Source: an uncultured Clostridia bacterium (GTDB lineage Bacteria > Bacillota > Clostridia > TANB77 > CAG-508). Taken from it: a stretch of DNA of 48,735 nucleotides. Shown here one piece after another: positions 18,180-28,047 of this stretch (positions are counted from its first letter, which is position 1; every line of letters begins with the position of its first letter). The notes below the pieces were generated by a model. The model saw only the letters and a program-made list of their open reading frames with translations, was not told the origin of the DNA and made no database searches. A program made the translations under genes and the position numbers. The DNA lies in NCBI GenBank assembly GCA_944388985.1, contig CALXKT010000002.1, positions 1 through 48,735 of the forward strand, written 5' to 3'.

Positions 18180-19412
18180 TTACATTTTTTTTAATTTATC
18201 CCATACTTCATTTGTCTTAACAAATTCATCATAATTTTTTTGCACTATTTTGTCATAATTTTCTAAATCTGTAAGTAAAGTATCAAAAACATCTGCTCCA
18301 AAAAGTTTATTAATCTCTGGAATACTTCTTTTCAATTTATCTAAATTTTCTTGTATTTTTTCCTTATATTCCTTCTTATTTAAAATATACAATAGTAATG
18401 GCTTATATTTTATCCATCCTCTAGAAGCTTTTAAAAATCTTTGCTCTACTTCTTCATCTGTTGCTTTTATTCGTTTTAACATTTTAGGATATTTTCTTCT
18501 TACTACACTAGTATATTTCAAAAATCCATCATGGAAATGATATACTGGTACTTTTACAATTTTAGAATTTATTAAGTTAATGGAAAAGAAAGCATCTTCT
18601 CCTCTTGCCCCTTCTGGATTATAGAAAGCAGGGATTTTATCAATATGGTTTAAATTCAAGCACAATGTGGATCCCACTACCCAATTTCCTTTTCCTTCAT
18701 CTTTCTGAACATAAGCTCCTTCACCATTTGCTATTTTTGGATCCGCATAAGTAATGCCATCATCTTTTACAAATTTTTCTTTAATCGATTCCCATGAGAC
18801 CACTTCGTTGCTAATAGCCTCGATATATTGTTTAAATAGATTTTCATCAATATCTTCATTTAATTCCACATAAGGAATTGGTGAAATGTATCCGCAATGA
18901 TATCCAATAGTAACATCTGCATCCTTTATATAAGTTAAATGTCTAGCAATATTGTCTTGCTCTTTCCATTCAATTTCATTGCTATTTTCCTTTTTTATGC
19001 AAGCTACAGGATATTCATCATCATCCCAAAATAATAAATAATCTATTTTCGCTTTTTTTGCATAATACATAAGCGTATTTCTTCCTTTAGCATGTCCATG
19101 CCCAAAAAAAAGATCCGCTTCTTGTTTTGTCAAAATTTCTCTACCTATTAATTTCTTTTTTTCTTCATCAATGTCTTCAGGAGTAATATATCTTATTTTT
19201 ATATCCTTATATACATTCGGTATAATTCCATAAAAATCCACTCTTGTAGTAAATTGATACCCTAAATCAAATAATATAAATATGGTAATTTCGACTCTTT
19301 CTTTTGAATCTTTAAATTGGTTAATTAACCTTTCATACGTATTATTAATTACTTTACATACATTTGGTCTGCCTGTAACAAAACCTATCCCAAACTTTAT
19401 TACATTCTCCAT
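18180..19412 (-). CDS. hypothetical protein, possibly a GT-A-like glycosyltransferase
   Basis: WDDDEYP (DxD-like) and GEDAFF motifs. Directly upstream of the GT4 gene. I recognise no family. Confidence 0.35.
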   Translation of the reverse strand: MENVIKFGIGFVTGRPNVCKVINNTYERLINQFKDSKERVEITIFILFDLGYQFTTRVDFYGIIPNVYKDIKIRYITPEDIDEEKKKLIGREILTKQEADLFFGHGHAKGRNTLMYYAKKAKIDYLLFWDDDEYPVACIKKENSNEIEWKEQDNIARHLTYIKDADVTIGYHCGYISPIPYVELNEDIDENLFKQYIEAISNEVVSWESIKEKFVKDDGITYADPKIANGEGAYVQKDEGKGNWVVGSTLCLNLNHIDKIPAFYNPEGARGEDAFFSINLINSKIVKVPVYHFHDGFLKYTSVVRRKYPKMLKRIKATDEEVEQRFLKASRGWIKYKPLLLYILNKKEYKEKIQENLDKLKRSIPEINKLFGADVFDTLLTDLENYDKIVQKNYDEFVKTNEVWDKLKKM

Positions 19413-19573
19413 TTCCTTTCTCCTTTAGAATTCTCTGTTGTGTTAAACACTTCCGAATTATCTTTCATTAGCTAATTTATTTTAGCACATTTTGCATATT
19501 ATGTCAAATTTCGCTTTCCCTTATCGCTGTAGTTATTTTTTATTCTATTTTCCTTTTTATTTTTCCCATTTTC

Positions 19574-19614
19574 TTAAAAAATAACCTGTTATCTTGATTT
19601 TATAACAGATTATT
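19574..19614 (-). terminator. Rho-independent terminator after recO
   Basis: On the minus strand: AATAATCTGTTAT-aaaatcaag-ATAACAGGTTATT followed by TTTTT. Confidence 0.6.
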
Positions 19615-20345
19615 TAAAATAACTTTTCTAATTTATATTCTTTGTCTAACTTTTCATTTAAATACAAATTACTTATCATTTGCAATTCTTTTAAACTGTT
19701 TTCTGCTAAGCTAAATGAAAAAAGTTTTTTTGGTGGTGCCAATACAATATATTTTATTGCTTGCATCGTTGCTTCCGAGATTTCAACTGCTCCTTTATCT
19801 TGCCTGCTACAAATATCACATTTAACTCCGCTGTCACGCAAGCTAAAATGATTAAAAAAAACATTCTCTGTTTTTTTACAGGCAGTACATCGATCGATAA
19901 TCGGTGTAAACCCCAATAAGCACATAAGTTTTAATTTAAAAATGCTAATTACTAAATCCATATCCTTATCCGTTTCTGAAAGGACATATAAGGTATTTAA
20001 AAAAAGTTGTAAGATTTTATAGGTATTCTGATTTTCGTCAGTAACATCATTGATAATTTTAGTAATATGTGCTGCATATTGGAGCTTTTCCAAATCCATT
20101 CGTAGATTGTAAAATACTTCATTTACTTCGCAAGAATTGATATGATAAGAACTCGCCCCTTGATAAATCAAATAATCTCCAAAACATAAAAATTGCGTTG
20201 CTGCCATCAGCTGGCTCTTAGGTCTCCTTGCTCCTTTGGCAGCACACCCAATTTTACCATTCGGAGTTAATATCGTAACCATTTTATCATAATCGCTTAA
20301 ATTGTTCTCCGCTATTACGATTCCCTTCACTTTTATTATTCCCAT
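19614..20345 (-). CDS. recO: DNA repair protein RecO
   Basis: RecO-like N-terminal OB region, zinc-finger CTACKK..CDIC, and the conserved era-yqzL-recO order. Confidence 0.8.
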   Translation of the reverse strand: MGIIKVKGIVIAENNLSDYDKMVTILTPNGKIGCAAKGARRPKSQLMAATQFLCFGDYLIYQGASSYHINSCEVNEVFYNLRMDLEKLQYAAHITKIINDVTDENQNTYKILQLFLNTLYVLSETDKDMDLVISIFKLKLMCLLGFTPIIDRCTACKKTENVFFNHFSLRDSGVKCDICSRQDKGAVEISEATMQAIKYIVLAPPKKLFSFSLAENSLKELQMISNLYLNEKLDKEYKLEKLF

Positions 20346-20460
20346 TCTGTTTTTCCGCCTCTAACATGTTTTTTTCTATATTTTCTACTTCTACTAATTC
20401 TAGAAAAGTGTTGATATCTCCCGTATTTTTAAAAGTATTCCATGCCATTTGTTTTATCAT
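20287..20460 (-). CDS. yqzL: YqzL-like small protein
   Basis: AWNTFKNTGDINTFLEL resembles the YqzL-family motif. It lies between era and recO as in Bacillus. Start set to the ATG 9 nt after GGAG. Overlaps the recO start. Confidence 0.55.
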   Translation of the reverse strand: MIKQMAWNTFKNTGDINTFLELVEVENIEKNMLEAEKQNGNNKSEGNRNSGEQFKRL

Positions 20461-20712
20461 GCTAATCATCTCCAATTTTGAAAGTTAAGTAGTTACTTTT
20501 CATAACTACTTTTCTTACTTTATCATTTGCATTTTTTTCTGTTTTATACGCCTAAATTTTCATTTTGTTTTTTCTAGGTAAAGTATATATTTTTTTATTT
20601 TCTAATTGTCAAAAGAAACAAGCAATGCAAGAAAATCAAGAAAAAATTATCGAGATAGTACTTTGTGTACATCGAGAAAATTTTTTCGTAGATTGACACA
20701 GCAGTGCGACGT

Positions 20713-21627
20713 TTATTTTGGCAATTTAAATGGTTTGAGGAATTGAGAATCATTAATCCAATCTTCTCTCACTTTCACCCACAATTTTAAGTTTATCTTT
20801 ATGCCAAGCATTTTTTCTAAATCTTCTCTTGCATAGATTCCAATTTTTTTCAGCATTGCTCCATTTTTTCCAATAATAATGCCTTTATGGGATTCTCTTA
20901 AACAATAAATGGTAGCATCTATATTATAGAACGGCTCATTTTCCATTGTTTTTCTTTTTTTCATTTTTTCAACTTCAACAAATATTCCATGTGGTACTTC
21001 ATCATTTAGTAGCTTCAATGCTTTTTCGCGTATCGTTTCTTCTACCAATTGTCTTGTCGTTTGGTCTGTATACTCTTCTCTATCATAATATGCAGGACCT
21101 TCTTTTAAGTTCTTCTCTATTTCATCTAATATTGTATCTAAGTTAATATTTTTTACCGTAGATACCGGAATAATGCTAGCAAAATCATACTCAGCTTGAT
21201 AAATCGCAATTAATTCGGCAACTTTTGCTTTCTCTACTAAATCCACTTTATTAATAATCAAAATCGTTTTCTTTTTTGCTTCTTTTATTTTTTCTAAAAT
21301 AAGTTTGTCTCCTCTGCCGATTTCATGGGAAGTAGCTTCTATTACAAATAGCACTACGTCAACATCTTTTGAAACTTCAAAAGCATTTTCTACCATAACA
21401 TCCCCTAATTTGGATTTTGGTTTATGAATACCTGGCGTATCTATAAAAATAATTTGTGAATTTGGTCTATTTACAATTGCTCTGATGACAGTCCTTGTAG
21501 TCTGTGGTTTATTTGCAATTGCTGCCACCTTTTCTCCTACTAAACAATTAATAATACTTGATTTTCCCACATTAGTTCTTCCTAATATAGAAACAAATCC
21601 TGATTTAAATATTGTCTTTTCTTCCAT
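20713..21627 (-). CDS. era: GTPase Era
   Basis: G1 GRTNVGKSS, G3 DTPG, G4 NKVD and a C-terminal KH domain. Confidence 0.92.
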   Translation of the reverse strand: MEEKTIFKSGFVSILGRTNVGKSSIINCLVGEKVAAIANKPQTTRTVIRAIVNRPNSQIIFIDTPGIHKPKSKLGDVMVENAFEVSKDVDVVLFVIEATSHEIGRGDKLILEKIKEAKKKTILIINKVDLVEKAKVAELIAIYQAEYDFASIIPVSTVKNINLDTILDEIEKNLKEGPAYYDREEYTDQTTRQLVEETIREKALKLLNDEVPHGIFVEVEKMKKRKTMENEPFYNIDATIYCLRESHKGIIIGKNGAMLKKIGIYAREDLEKMLGIKINLKLWVKVREDWINDSQFLKPFKLPK

Positions 21628-21641
21628 TTAACTTCTCCTTT

Positions 21642-21735
21642 TTCCAATTTAGGGACAGGCCTTTTTCTCTACTTTTTTCCAATTTAGGGACAGGCCTTTT
21701 GGTCTCCTTAGCGAAATGATAAAGCCTGTCTCTAT
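21642..21735. repeat. GGGACA-box repeat cluster (subfamily C) between hydA and era
   Basis: Two identical direct units TTCCAATTTAGGGACAGGCC at 21642 and 21677 (35-bp phase), plus a degenerate inverted copy at about 21719-21735. Confidence 0.85.
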
Positions 21736-21834
21736 ACTTTAACTTTTCTATATTATATTCTTTTTATTATCACTTTTTTGTAGAATTAAGTAAACAATTT
21801 TTTCTAACTTTTCGTCATTTTTTACTTGACAAAA

Positions 21835-23574
21835 CTATATCCTATATTCCTCCATTGGCGTATAATGCGTATGTAACAATTCATGTGCCTTGTGCTCTCC
21901 CGGCTGTCCGATGTATTCTTTGTAAATTTCTTTTAAAATTGGATTTTCATGCGATTTTCGAATGGTACTTCTTTCATCGATTGAATACATTGCTGCAGCT
22001 CTTTTTGCTCTTACATCAACTGTCATCCTTGTTTTTGAATTCTTAATCGGTTGTCCTCCTCCCATGATGCATCCTCCTGGGCAAGCCATTACTTCTACAA
22101 AACTATAATCTGCCGTTCCGTTTTTTATTTCTTCCATTACTTTTCTTGCATTTCCTAATCCATGTGCTACCGCTACTTTTACTTCTTTTTCTCCTATTTG
22201 TATGCTTGCTTTCTTTATGCCTTTGGCACCTCTAACCTCTTCAAATTCTAACTTTTGCAATTCTTCACCTGTTATTAGTTCATAAGCGGTACGAAGTGCT
22301 GCTTCCATTACACCACCAGTAACACCAAAAATAGCTGCCGCACCAGTTGCCTCTCCCATTGGGTTATCAAAGGTTTCATCTTCCAATTTTTCAAACTCAA
22401 TATTAGCCTGTTTTATCATTCTAGCAAGTTCACGAGTTGTTATAACGGCATCGACATCTCTGTATCCTTTTACTTCCATTTCTTCTCTTTTACATTCGTA
22501 TTTCTTAGCAATACATGGCATTACCGAAACAACATAAATTTTACTTGGATCTATATTATTTTTTTCTGCATAATAAGATTTAATAATCGCTCCAAACATT
22601 TGGTGTGGTGATTTACAGCTAGACAAATGGTCTAAATTCTCTGGATACTCCATTTCTGCAAAACGCACCCAGCCAGGGCAACACGAAGTGGTCATTGGCA
22701 AATGGTCATTTTCTTTAAAGCGTCTTACAAATTCGGTAGCTTCCTCCATAATCGTAAAATCTGCACCTGTATTTGTATCAAACACTTTATCAAATCCCAA
22801 CGCTTTAAGTGCGGATACCATCTTACCTGTAACATTGGTACCTATCTCCATTCCAAACTCTTCGCCAAGCGCCACTCTAATAGATGGAGCTGTTTGCACT
22901 ACCACAAAAGTATCTGGATCTTTTAATTTAGCCCAAACATCATTGATATTCTCTTTTTCATGAAGTGCGCCAGTTGGGCAGGATTCAATACATTGTCCGC
23001 AGAAAGTACAGTTTACATCATTTAAGCTGTGGTCATACGTTGTAGAAATGCAAGATTCAAAACCTCTTTCAATACAATCAATTGCTCCAATATTTTGCAC
23101 ATTTTTACAAGTTGCAACACATCTTCTGCACAAAATACATTTATTAAAATCCCTTACAATCGATGGAGACTTATCATCAATCTTATGCTCGGTTCTCTCT
23201 CCTTTAAATTCAATATCGAGTACATTAAATTTTATTGCCAAATCTTGCAATTCGCAATTACCAGAACGAGTACAAGTTAAACAATCTTTGGAATGGTTGG
23301 AAATAATCAAATCCAATATGGTATGTCTTGCTTCTAATACATTCGGTGTATGAGTATGTACTACCATTCCTTCCTCTACTGTTTGGATACAAGAGGTAGC
23401 AAAACCACGTCTTCCCTCTACTTCTACAATACACATTCTGCAATCGCCAACCTCATTGATGTCTTTCAAAAAGCACAAGGTTGGAATATCAATTCCGGCT
23501 TGTTTTGCTGCATCTAGTATAGTTGTGCCCTCTGGCACACACACTTTTTTATCATCTATTTTTAAATTAACCAT
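21835..23574 (-). CDS. hydA: [FeFe] hydrogenase catalytic subunit (multimeric HydABC type)
   Basis: N-terminal 2Fe-2S and multiple 4Fe-4S Cys clusters. H-cluster motifs TSCCPGW, MPCIAKKYE and EVMACPGGCIMGGGQP. Start moved to MVNLKIDDKK (AAGGAGG upstream), because the 19-codon extension in the ORF track is repeat-encoded. Confidence 0.9.
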   Translation of the reverse strand: MVNLKIDDKKVCVPEGTTILDAAKQAGIDIPTLCFLKDINEVGDCRMCIVEVEGRRGFATSCIQTVEEGMVVHTHTPNVLEARHTILDLIISNHSKDCLTCTRSGNCELQDLAIKFNVLDIEFKGERTEHKIDDKSPSIVRDFNKCILCRRCVATCKNVQNIGAIDCIERGFESCISTTYDHSLNDVNCTFCGQCIESCPTGALHEKENINDVWAKLKDPDTFVVVQTAPSIRVALGEEFGMEIGTNVTGKMVSALKALGFDKVFDTNTGADFTIMEEATEFVRRFKENDHLPMTTSCCPGWVRFAEMEYPENLDHLSSCKSPHQMFGAIIKSYYAEKNNIDPSKIYVVSVMPCIAKKYECKREEMEVKGYRDVDAVITTRELARMIKQANIEFEKLEDETFDNPMGEATGAAAIFGVTGGVMEAALRTAYELITGEELQKLEFEEVRGAKGIKKASIQIGEKEVKVAVAHGLGNARKVMEEIKNGTADYSFVEVMACPGGCIMGGGQPIKNSKTRMTVDVRAKRAAAMYSIDERSTIRKSHENPILKEIYKEYIGQPGEHKAHELLHTHYTPMEEYRI

Positions 23575-23590
23575 TTCTTTCCTCCTTATT

Positions 23591-23831
23591 TTCCAAATTG
23601 GGGACAGGCGTTTTTCTTCACTTTTTTCCACTTTTGGGACAGGCGTTAAAATTTTTGTGCATTCATCATTTTAGAATTTTACCTGTATAATCTGTTACGT
23701 TCAAATCATTTAGCCATTTTACAAATATTTCTGTATTTTTAATCTTCTTCTCTACCTTCTCCTTTAATTCCTAAAAGGGGTGTCCCTAAATTGGAAAAAA
23801 GTGGAGAAAAACGCCTGTCCCTAAAGTGGAA
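23591..23831. repeat. GGGACA-box repeat cluster (subfamily C) filling the hydB-hydA spacer
   Basis: Two direct boxes (23601, 23636) and two inverted boxes (23781, 23816) flank an AT-rich core of about 120 bp. The arms are about 85% complementary. Confidence 0.85.
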
Positions 23832-25688
23832 TTACCCAATTGCGTGGAATGGGCAAGAACGTACACACGTCGTACACTTAATGCACTTGTCTTGATTAAT
23901 ATGCCTCTTCTCTCTTCCTTCTCCCTCAATCGCATTTACAGGGCAATTGCGTTGGCATAATCCACAAGCTTTACACTTATCTTCGTCGATTTCAATTCGG
24001 GACAACGCCTTACATTCCATAGCCTTACATTCTTTTTCGATAGCATGTTGCCTAAATTCTTCTCTAAAATATTTCATTGTGCTAATTACTGGGTTTGGCG
24101 CGCTTTGTCCTAGTCCGCAGATACTTGCTTTTTTGATATTAGCTGCTAATTTTTCTAGCTTGTAAATATCATATTCGTCTCCCTCTCCACTGCATAATCT
24201 CTCCAATATTTCTAGCATTCTTTTGGTTCCAATACGGCAAGGGGTACATTTTCCACAACTTTCGCTTACGGTAAATTGTAAATAAAATTTTGCTAAACAT
24301 ACCATACACTTGGTGTCATCCATGACAATTAGTCCCCCCGACCCCATCATAGAGCCAATTTCTTTTAAGGACTCGTAATCAATTGGTGTATCCAAATGTT
24401 CTTTCGGAATGCATCCTCCAGATGGTCCTCCTGTTTGTGCTGCTTTAAACTCTCTACCATTTGGTATGCCTCCACCAATGTCAAACACAATTTCTCTTAA
24501 CGTAGTTCCCATTGGCACTTCTACCAATCCAACATTGTTGACATTTCCTCCCAAAGCAAATACTTTGGTTCCTTTCGATGTTGCAGTTCCAATGGATGAA
24601 TACCAATCCGCTCCTTTCAAAATAATTTGGGCAATATTGGCATAGGTTTCTACGTTGTTGATTAACGTTGGACATCCCCATAATCCAGATGTAGCTGGAT
24701 AAGGAGGTTTTACTCTTGGCTGTCCTCTTCTTCCCTCGATAGATTCCAAAAGTGCGGTTTCCTCACCACAAACAAAGGCTCCTGCACCAAGTCTTATTTC
24801 GATGTCAAAGTTAAAGTTGGTTCCGAAAATGTTTTTTCCTAATATTCCATATTCTCTTGCTTGATCTATGGCAATTTGAAGTCTATGTACCGCGATAGGA
24901 TATTCCGCTCTTACATATATGTAGCCTTTTTCTGCTCCTACAGCAAACCCGGCTATTTCCATTGCTTCTAGCACGGCATGTGGGTCCCCCTCCAAAATGC
25001 TTCTATCCATGAATGCTCCTGGGTCTCCCTCGTCAGCATTACATACAACGTATTTTTTCTCTCCTTTTGCATCTCTTGTTGTTCTCCATTTCTTGCCTGT
25101 AGGGAATCCTGCTCCTCCTCTACCACGTAAGCCAGATTTTTCAAGTGTTTGAATTACTTCTTCCGAATCCATTTCGAATAATACTCTTCCTAAAGCTCGG
25201 TATCCATCAAAAGCAATGTATTCATCAATATCTTCTGGATTAATTACTCCACAGTTTTTTAATGCAATTCTTTTTTGTTTTTTATAAAAAGTAAGGTCGT
25301 CTAATTTTGTAACTTTTGTGCTATCAATATCCTTGCAAAGTAATCTATCTACTACTTTTCCCTCTATAATATGGGATTGGATAATTTCTTCGCAATCCTC
25401 TGGTGTTACCATGGCATAAAAAGTATCCTCTGGACGTATAATAACAATAGGCCCTTTCGCACATAACCCAAAGCATCCTGTTTTTATAACACGTACGTTT
25501 TCGATTCCTTTTTCCTTTATGATTTTATTAAAATTTTCTAGTATTTGTGGTGATTTCGAAGAAGTACACCCTGTTCCTTGGCATACTAGAATATGTTTTT
25601 CTCTTGTGTCTGCATTAGTATTTTTACGCAAGTCTAATTCTATTCGCTTTTCCGCTCTAATTTTATTTAATTCTTCTATTGTTTTCAT
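23832..25688 (-). CDS. hydB: NuoF-like flavoprotein subunit of bifurcating hydrogenase
   Basis: GRGGAGFPTGKKW (FMN/NADH site), ESCGKCTPCR, an N-terminal thioredoxin-like 2Fe-2S domain and a C-terminal 2x[4Fe-4S] ferredoxin domain. Start at the ATG with AAGGAGG 6 nt upstream. Confidence 0.88.
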   Translation of the reverse strand: MKTIEELNKIRAEKRIELDLRKNTNADTREKHILVCQGTGCTSSKSPQILENFNKIIKEKGIENVRVIKTGCFGLCAKGPIVIIRPEDTFYAMVTPEDCEEIIQSHIIEGKVVDRLLCKDIDSTKVTKLDDLTFYKKQKRIALKNCGVINPEDIDEYIAFDGYRALGRVLFEMDSEEVIQTLEKSGLRGRGGAGFPTGKKWRTTRDAKGEKKYVVCNADEGDPGAFMDRSILEGDPHAVLEAMEIAGFAVGAEKGYIYVRAEYPIAVHRLQIAIDQAREYGILGKNIFGTNFNFDIEIRLGAGAFVCGEETALLESIEGRRGQPRVKPPYPATSGLWGCPTLINNVETYANIAQIILKGADWYSSIGTATSKGTKVFALGGNVNNVGLVEVPMGTTLREIVFDIGGGIPNGREFKAAQTGGPSGGCIPKEHLDTPIDYESLKEIGSMMGSGGLIVMDDTKCMVCLAKFYLQFTVSESCGKCTPCRIGTKRMLEILERLCSGEGDEYDIYKLEKLAANIKKASICGLGQSAPNPVISTMKYFREEFRQHAIEKECKAMECKALSRIEIDEDKCKACGLCQRNCPVNAIEGEGREKRHINQDKCIKCTTCVRSCPFHAIG

Positions 25689-25726
25689 GTAAGACCTCCT
25701 TTTTCTACTTATTGTTCTATTATCTT

Positions 25727-26206
25727 TCAAACTTTTTCAAGTTCATCTAAAACCTCGTCAAGCTTCTTCACCGTCGCATGCCCATACACCTCATCATTTA
25801 CAGTAAATACAGGTGCTATTCCACAGGCTCCTACGCATCTTGTGGTATCGATGGAAAACTTGCCATCCTCGCTTGTCTTTCCTTCTTCTAATTTTAGTCT
25901 TTCTTTAAGTCTATCTAAAATTGCTTGTGATCCTTTTACAAAACAAGCGGTTCCTAAACATACAGATATATTATATTTTCCTTTTGGTTCTAAGGTAAAT
26001 CTCGCATAAAAGGTAATAACACCATAGATTTCCGCCATCGGAACTCCTAAATATTTTGATACTTCTTGTTGTGCCACTTTCGGAATATATCCATATTTTT
26101 CTTGAATCTCATTCAAAATTTGTATCAAGTTATCTTTCTCTTGCTTATATGGTTGCATTATTTCATTTACTTCTTGCCTTATTTTATTTTCTACACATTC
26201 ACACAC
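25727..26206 (-). CDS. hydC: NuoE-like 2Fe-2S subunit of hydrogenase
   Basis: Thioredoxin-like ferredoxin pattern CLGTAC...CVGACG. GTV start, so the exact start is uncertain. Confidence 0.8.
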   Translation of the reverse strand: MCECVENKIRQEVNEIMQPYKQEKDNLIQILNEIQEKYGYIPKVAQQEVSKYLGVPMAEIYGVITFYARFTLEPKGKYNISVCLGTACFVKGSQAILDRLKERLKLEEGKTSEDGKFSIDTTRCVGACGIAPVFTVNDEVYGHATVKKLDEVLDELEKV

Positions 26207-26244
26207 TTTCTCATTACTTCCTTTCTCTCTTATTTCATGGTTGT

Positions 26245-26273
26245 ATTATATCAAATAGATGGATTTTGTACAA
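26245..26273 (-). promoter_or_regulatory. putative hydCBA promoter
   Basis: The minus strand reads TTGTAC, 17-nt spacer, TATAAT, in the 71-bp gap upstream of hydC. Confidence 0.4.
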
Positions 26274-26277
26274 TAAA

Positions 26278-27276
26278 TTATCGCAAAATTCCTGCCCTAT
26301 TAATTACTCTACTACTATAGATAAAAAGTACGTCTTGATTTTCATATTCCGAAAAGTCAAGATAATTTTCCAGTATGGTATAATTGACATAGCGTAAATC
26401 GATTAAAACAATTTCATCATAATATGGAATTAGCAATGGTGCTAAGCTACTTCCAAAAGAATCACGAAATAGGATTAATTTTTTTCCTGTATTCGCATTT
26501 TCGTTTTTAATTGTTTCAATAGCAGATGCTCCAGATAGAAATACATCATATTTGTTTCCTGTTTCTTCAGCTTTTGCTAAGTTGTAGACAGGCTGATTGG
26601 TTTGACTTTCTTCACTATATACATTACTGTTTTCGATTTCTGCATTTGTTAAATAACGCAATTCATCTGGTGTTACACTATTTTCAATTTCTGTCGTATA
26701 GGTTCCGTAAAATTCTCCTAATGATTTTTCTTCATACGTAGGTGTTTCTATTTCTTTAGAACCAATTTCTGATTGTGCTTGAATTGATGCCTCATTATTC
26801 AAATTAAATTGCTCCAAAATTGTGCTAACTACCTTTTCCAAATTTTCTTGTTTCCAATGCATATCGGTTCGATAATAGTCCTCTAAAGATAACACATCGC
26901 TTATCTTAAAATACGTAATAGCCGGATTTAAGTTGTTTGCCACTTCTGTTTCTATTTCTCGAAAAGAGGTATCAATTTGGTTTTCCAAGTAATACGTTTT
27001 GTCTGGTATTACAGTGAAAGCTACTTTATTATTCTGCAAATAGTTCTCCCACACAGCATTGATTTTTTTCATATTAGACGCTATCGCATTCGAATTGGTA
27101 TCTCCCATTTTTTCATAAATTGCATCTTCCACAATATAATAGTCTGTGCTTGTTCCGATACCATTCTCCATATCACTGTCGCTATCCTCTCCGTCACTTC
27201 CAAGCCATATACTAATTCCCACTGCTGTAAGAATAATTACTAGAACAATTCCTACAACCAACACTATTTTCTTCAT
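26278..27276 (-). CDS. DHHW-family envelope protein
   Basis: N-terminal signal anchor and YYRTDMHW (a DHHW-motif variant). AlgX/SGNH-like architecture inferred from family knowledge. Confidence 0.55.
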   Translation of the reverse strand: MKKIVLVVGIVLVIILTAVGISIWLGSDGEDSDSDMENGIGTSTDYYIVEDAIYEKMGDTNSNAIASNMKKINAVWENYLQNNKVAFTVIPDKTYYLENQIDTSFREIETEVANNLNPAITYFKISDVLSLEDYYRTDMHWKQENLEKVVSTILEQFNLNNEASIQAQSEIGSKEIETPTYEEKSLGEFYGTYTTEIENSVTPDELRYLTNAEIENSNVYSEESQTNQPVYNLAKAEETGNKYDVFLSGASAIETIKNENANTGKKLILFRDSFGSSLAPLLIPYYDEIVLIDLRYVNYTILENYLDFSEYENQDVLFIYSSRVINRAGILR

Positions 27277-27311
27277 TTTGCTTTTCTCCTTTTATCCTGT
27301 TTTTTCTCCGT

Positions 27312-27345
27312 CAAAATAGCCTTGAACCACTTTCGATTCAAGGCC
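27312..27345 (-). terminator. hairpin terminator after the DUF4358-like gene
   Basis: GCCTTGAA-N10-TTCAAGGC followed by TATTTTGA on the minus strand. Confidence 0.4.
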
Positions 27346-27350
27346 GTTTT

Positions 27351-28031
27351 CTAATATTCTATTACTCCATTTTGCTCTAACATTTGGTCTGTTGCTGCTT
27401 GTGTATTATCTTTTACATATTCCTCATTTGTGGTTCCTAATATTTCTTTTAAACTGTTATATACTGGAGTAGCCCATTCATCACTTGCCATAACAAGTGC
27501 CACTAAATTACCGCTACTTGTTGCATATAATTTTTCGGCTTCCACACATATCCATTTTCTAGTATCTACTTTTTCTGACATTTCTTTTGCAATAGCATCT
27601 GCATCAGCTCCGTCTTTTACTTTTACCAAAACAAAGGAATAGGCTTGTGAACTCATCATTGGTTCTGATACTACAACAGCATCAATGTTCTCTGTAGAAG
27701 TAAGTCCTGTATATGAAGTAACGATATCGATATTGCTCATATCTACCACTTGGGTCATAAGGCTAGTTGGTAAAACTGTCTCTTGTCCTTCATAGACTTG
27801 GTTAATTAAATTTTCCATATCTGTAGTAGAATTGATTTGCACATTGCTATTGGAATTTCCTCCATTATCAGAGGTAGCATTATTATCAATTGGTGTATTA
27901 TTTTGTGTTCCACCTTTTCCTCTAAAATATAATGCTCCTAATATAATTAATACTATAATTACGATGACAAGAATAAGCCACACCATAACTCCTTTATTAT
28001 TCTTTTTTTCTTCTTTTGGTTGTTCTCCCAT
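27351..28031 (-). CDS. membrane-anchored secreted protein, DUF4358-like
   Basis: N-terminal TM helix, a low-complexity linker and a C-terminal globular domain. The family assignment is from memory of the DUF4358 pattern only. Confidence 0.4.
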   Translation of the reverse strand: MGEQPKEEKKNNKGVMVWLILVIVIIVLIILGALYFRGKGGTQNNTPIDNNATSDNGGNSNSNVQINSTTDMENLINQVYEGQETVLPTSLMTQVVDMSNIDIVTSYTGLTSTENIDAVVVSEPMMSSQAYSFVLVKVKDGADADAIAKEMSEKVDTRKWICVEAEKLYATSSGNLVALVMASDEWATPVYNSLKEILGTTNEEYVKDNTQAATDQMLEQNGVIEY

Positions 28032-28047
28032 TTTTTAATCTCCTTTC

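Noticed and set aside
20476-20712. 237-bp gap between era and yqzL, with a 23-codon plus-strand ORF and small hairpins (AAGTAGTTA..TAACTACTT).
   Set aside because: The ORF has no RBS and the hairpins lack U-runs. I could not support any riboswitch or sRNA motif here. The region probably just holds promoter/terminator sequence replacing cdd.
23575-23631. N-terminal extensions in the ORF track for hydA (MEKSEEKRLSPIWKIRRKE), the DUF3048 gene (29122-29169) and the SpoIVFB-like gene (42426-42542).
   Set aside because: These extensions are encoded by GGGACA-box repeats; the latter two carry the recurring DTPFC peptide. The internal ATGs have good RBSs (for example AAGGAGG before hydA MVNLK), except that the SpoIVFB-like RBS spacing is marginal.
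26268-26275. TTGTACAA palindrome at the hydCBA -35 region as a possible Rex operator.
   Set aside because: It is only an 8-bp palindrome. It does not match the full TTGTGAA-N6-TTCACAA type Rex site as I remember it, and there is no second copy.
27319-27344. Terminator hairpin GCCTTGAA..TTCAAGGC shares the CTTGAA word with subfamily-A repeat arms.
   Set aside because: It contains no GGGACA box, and the word is short and AT-rich. The resemblance may be coincidental, so it was not counted as a family member.
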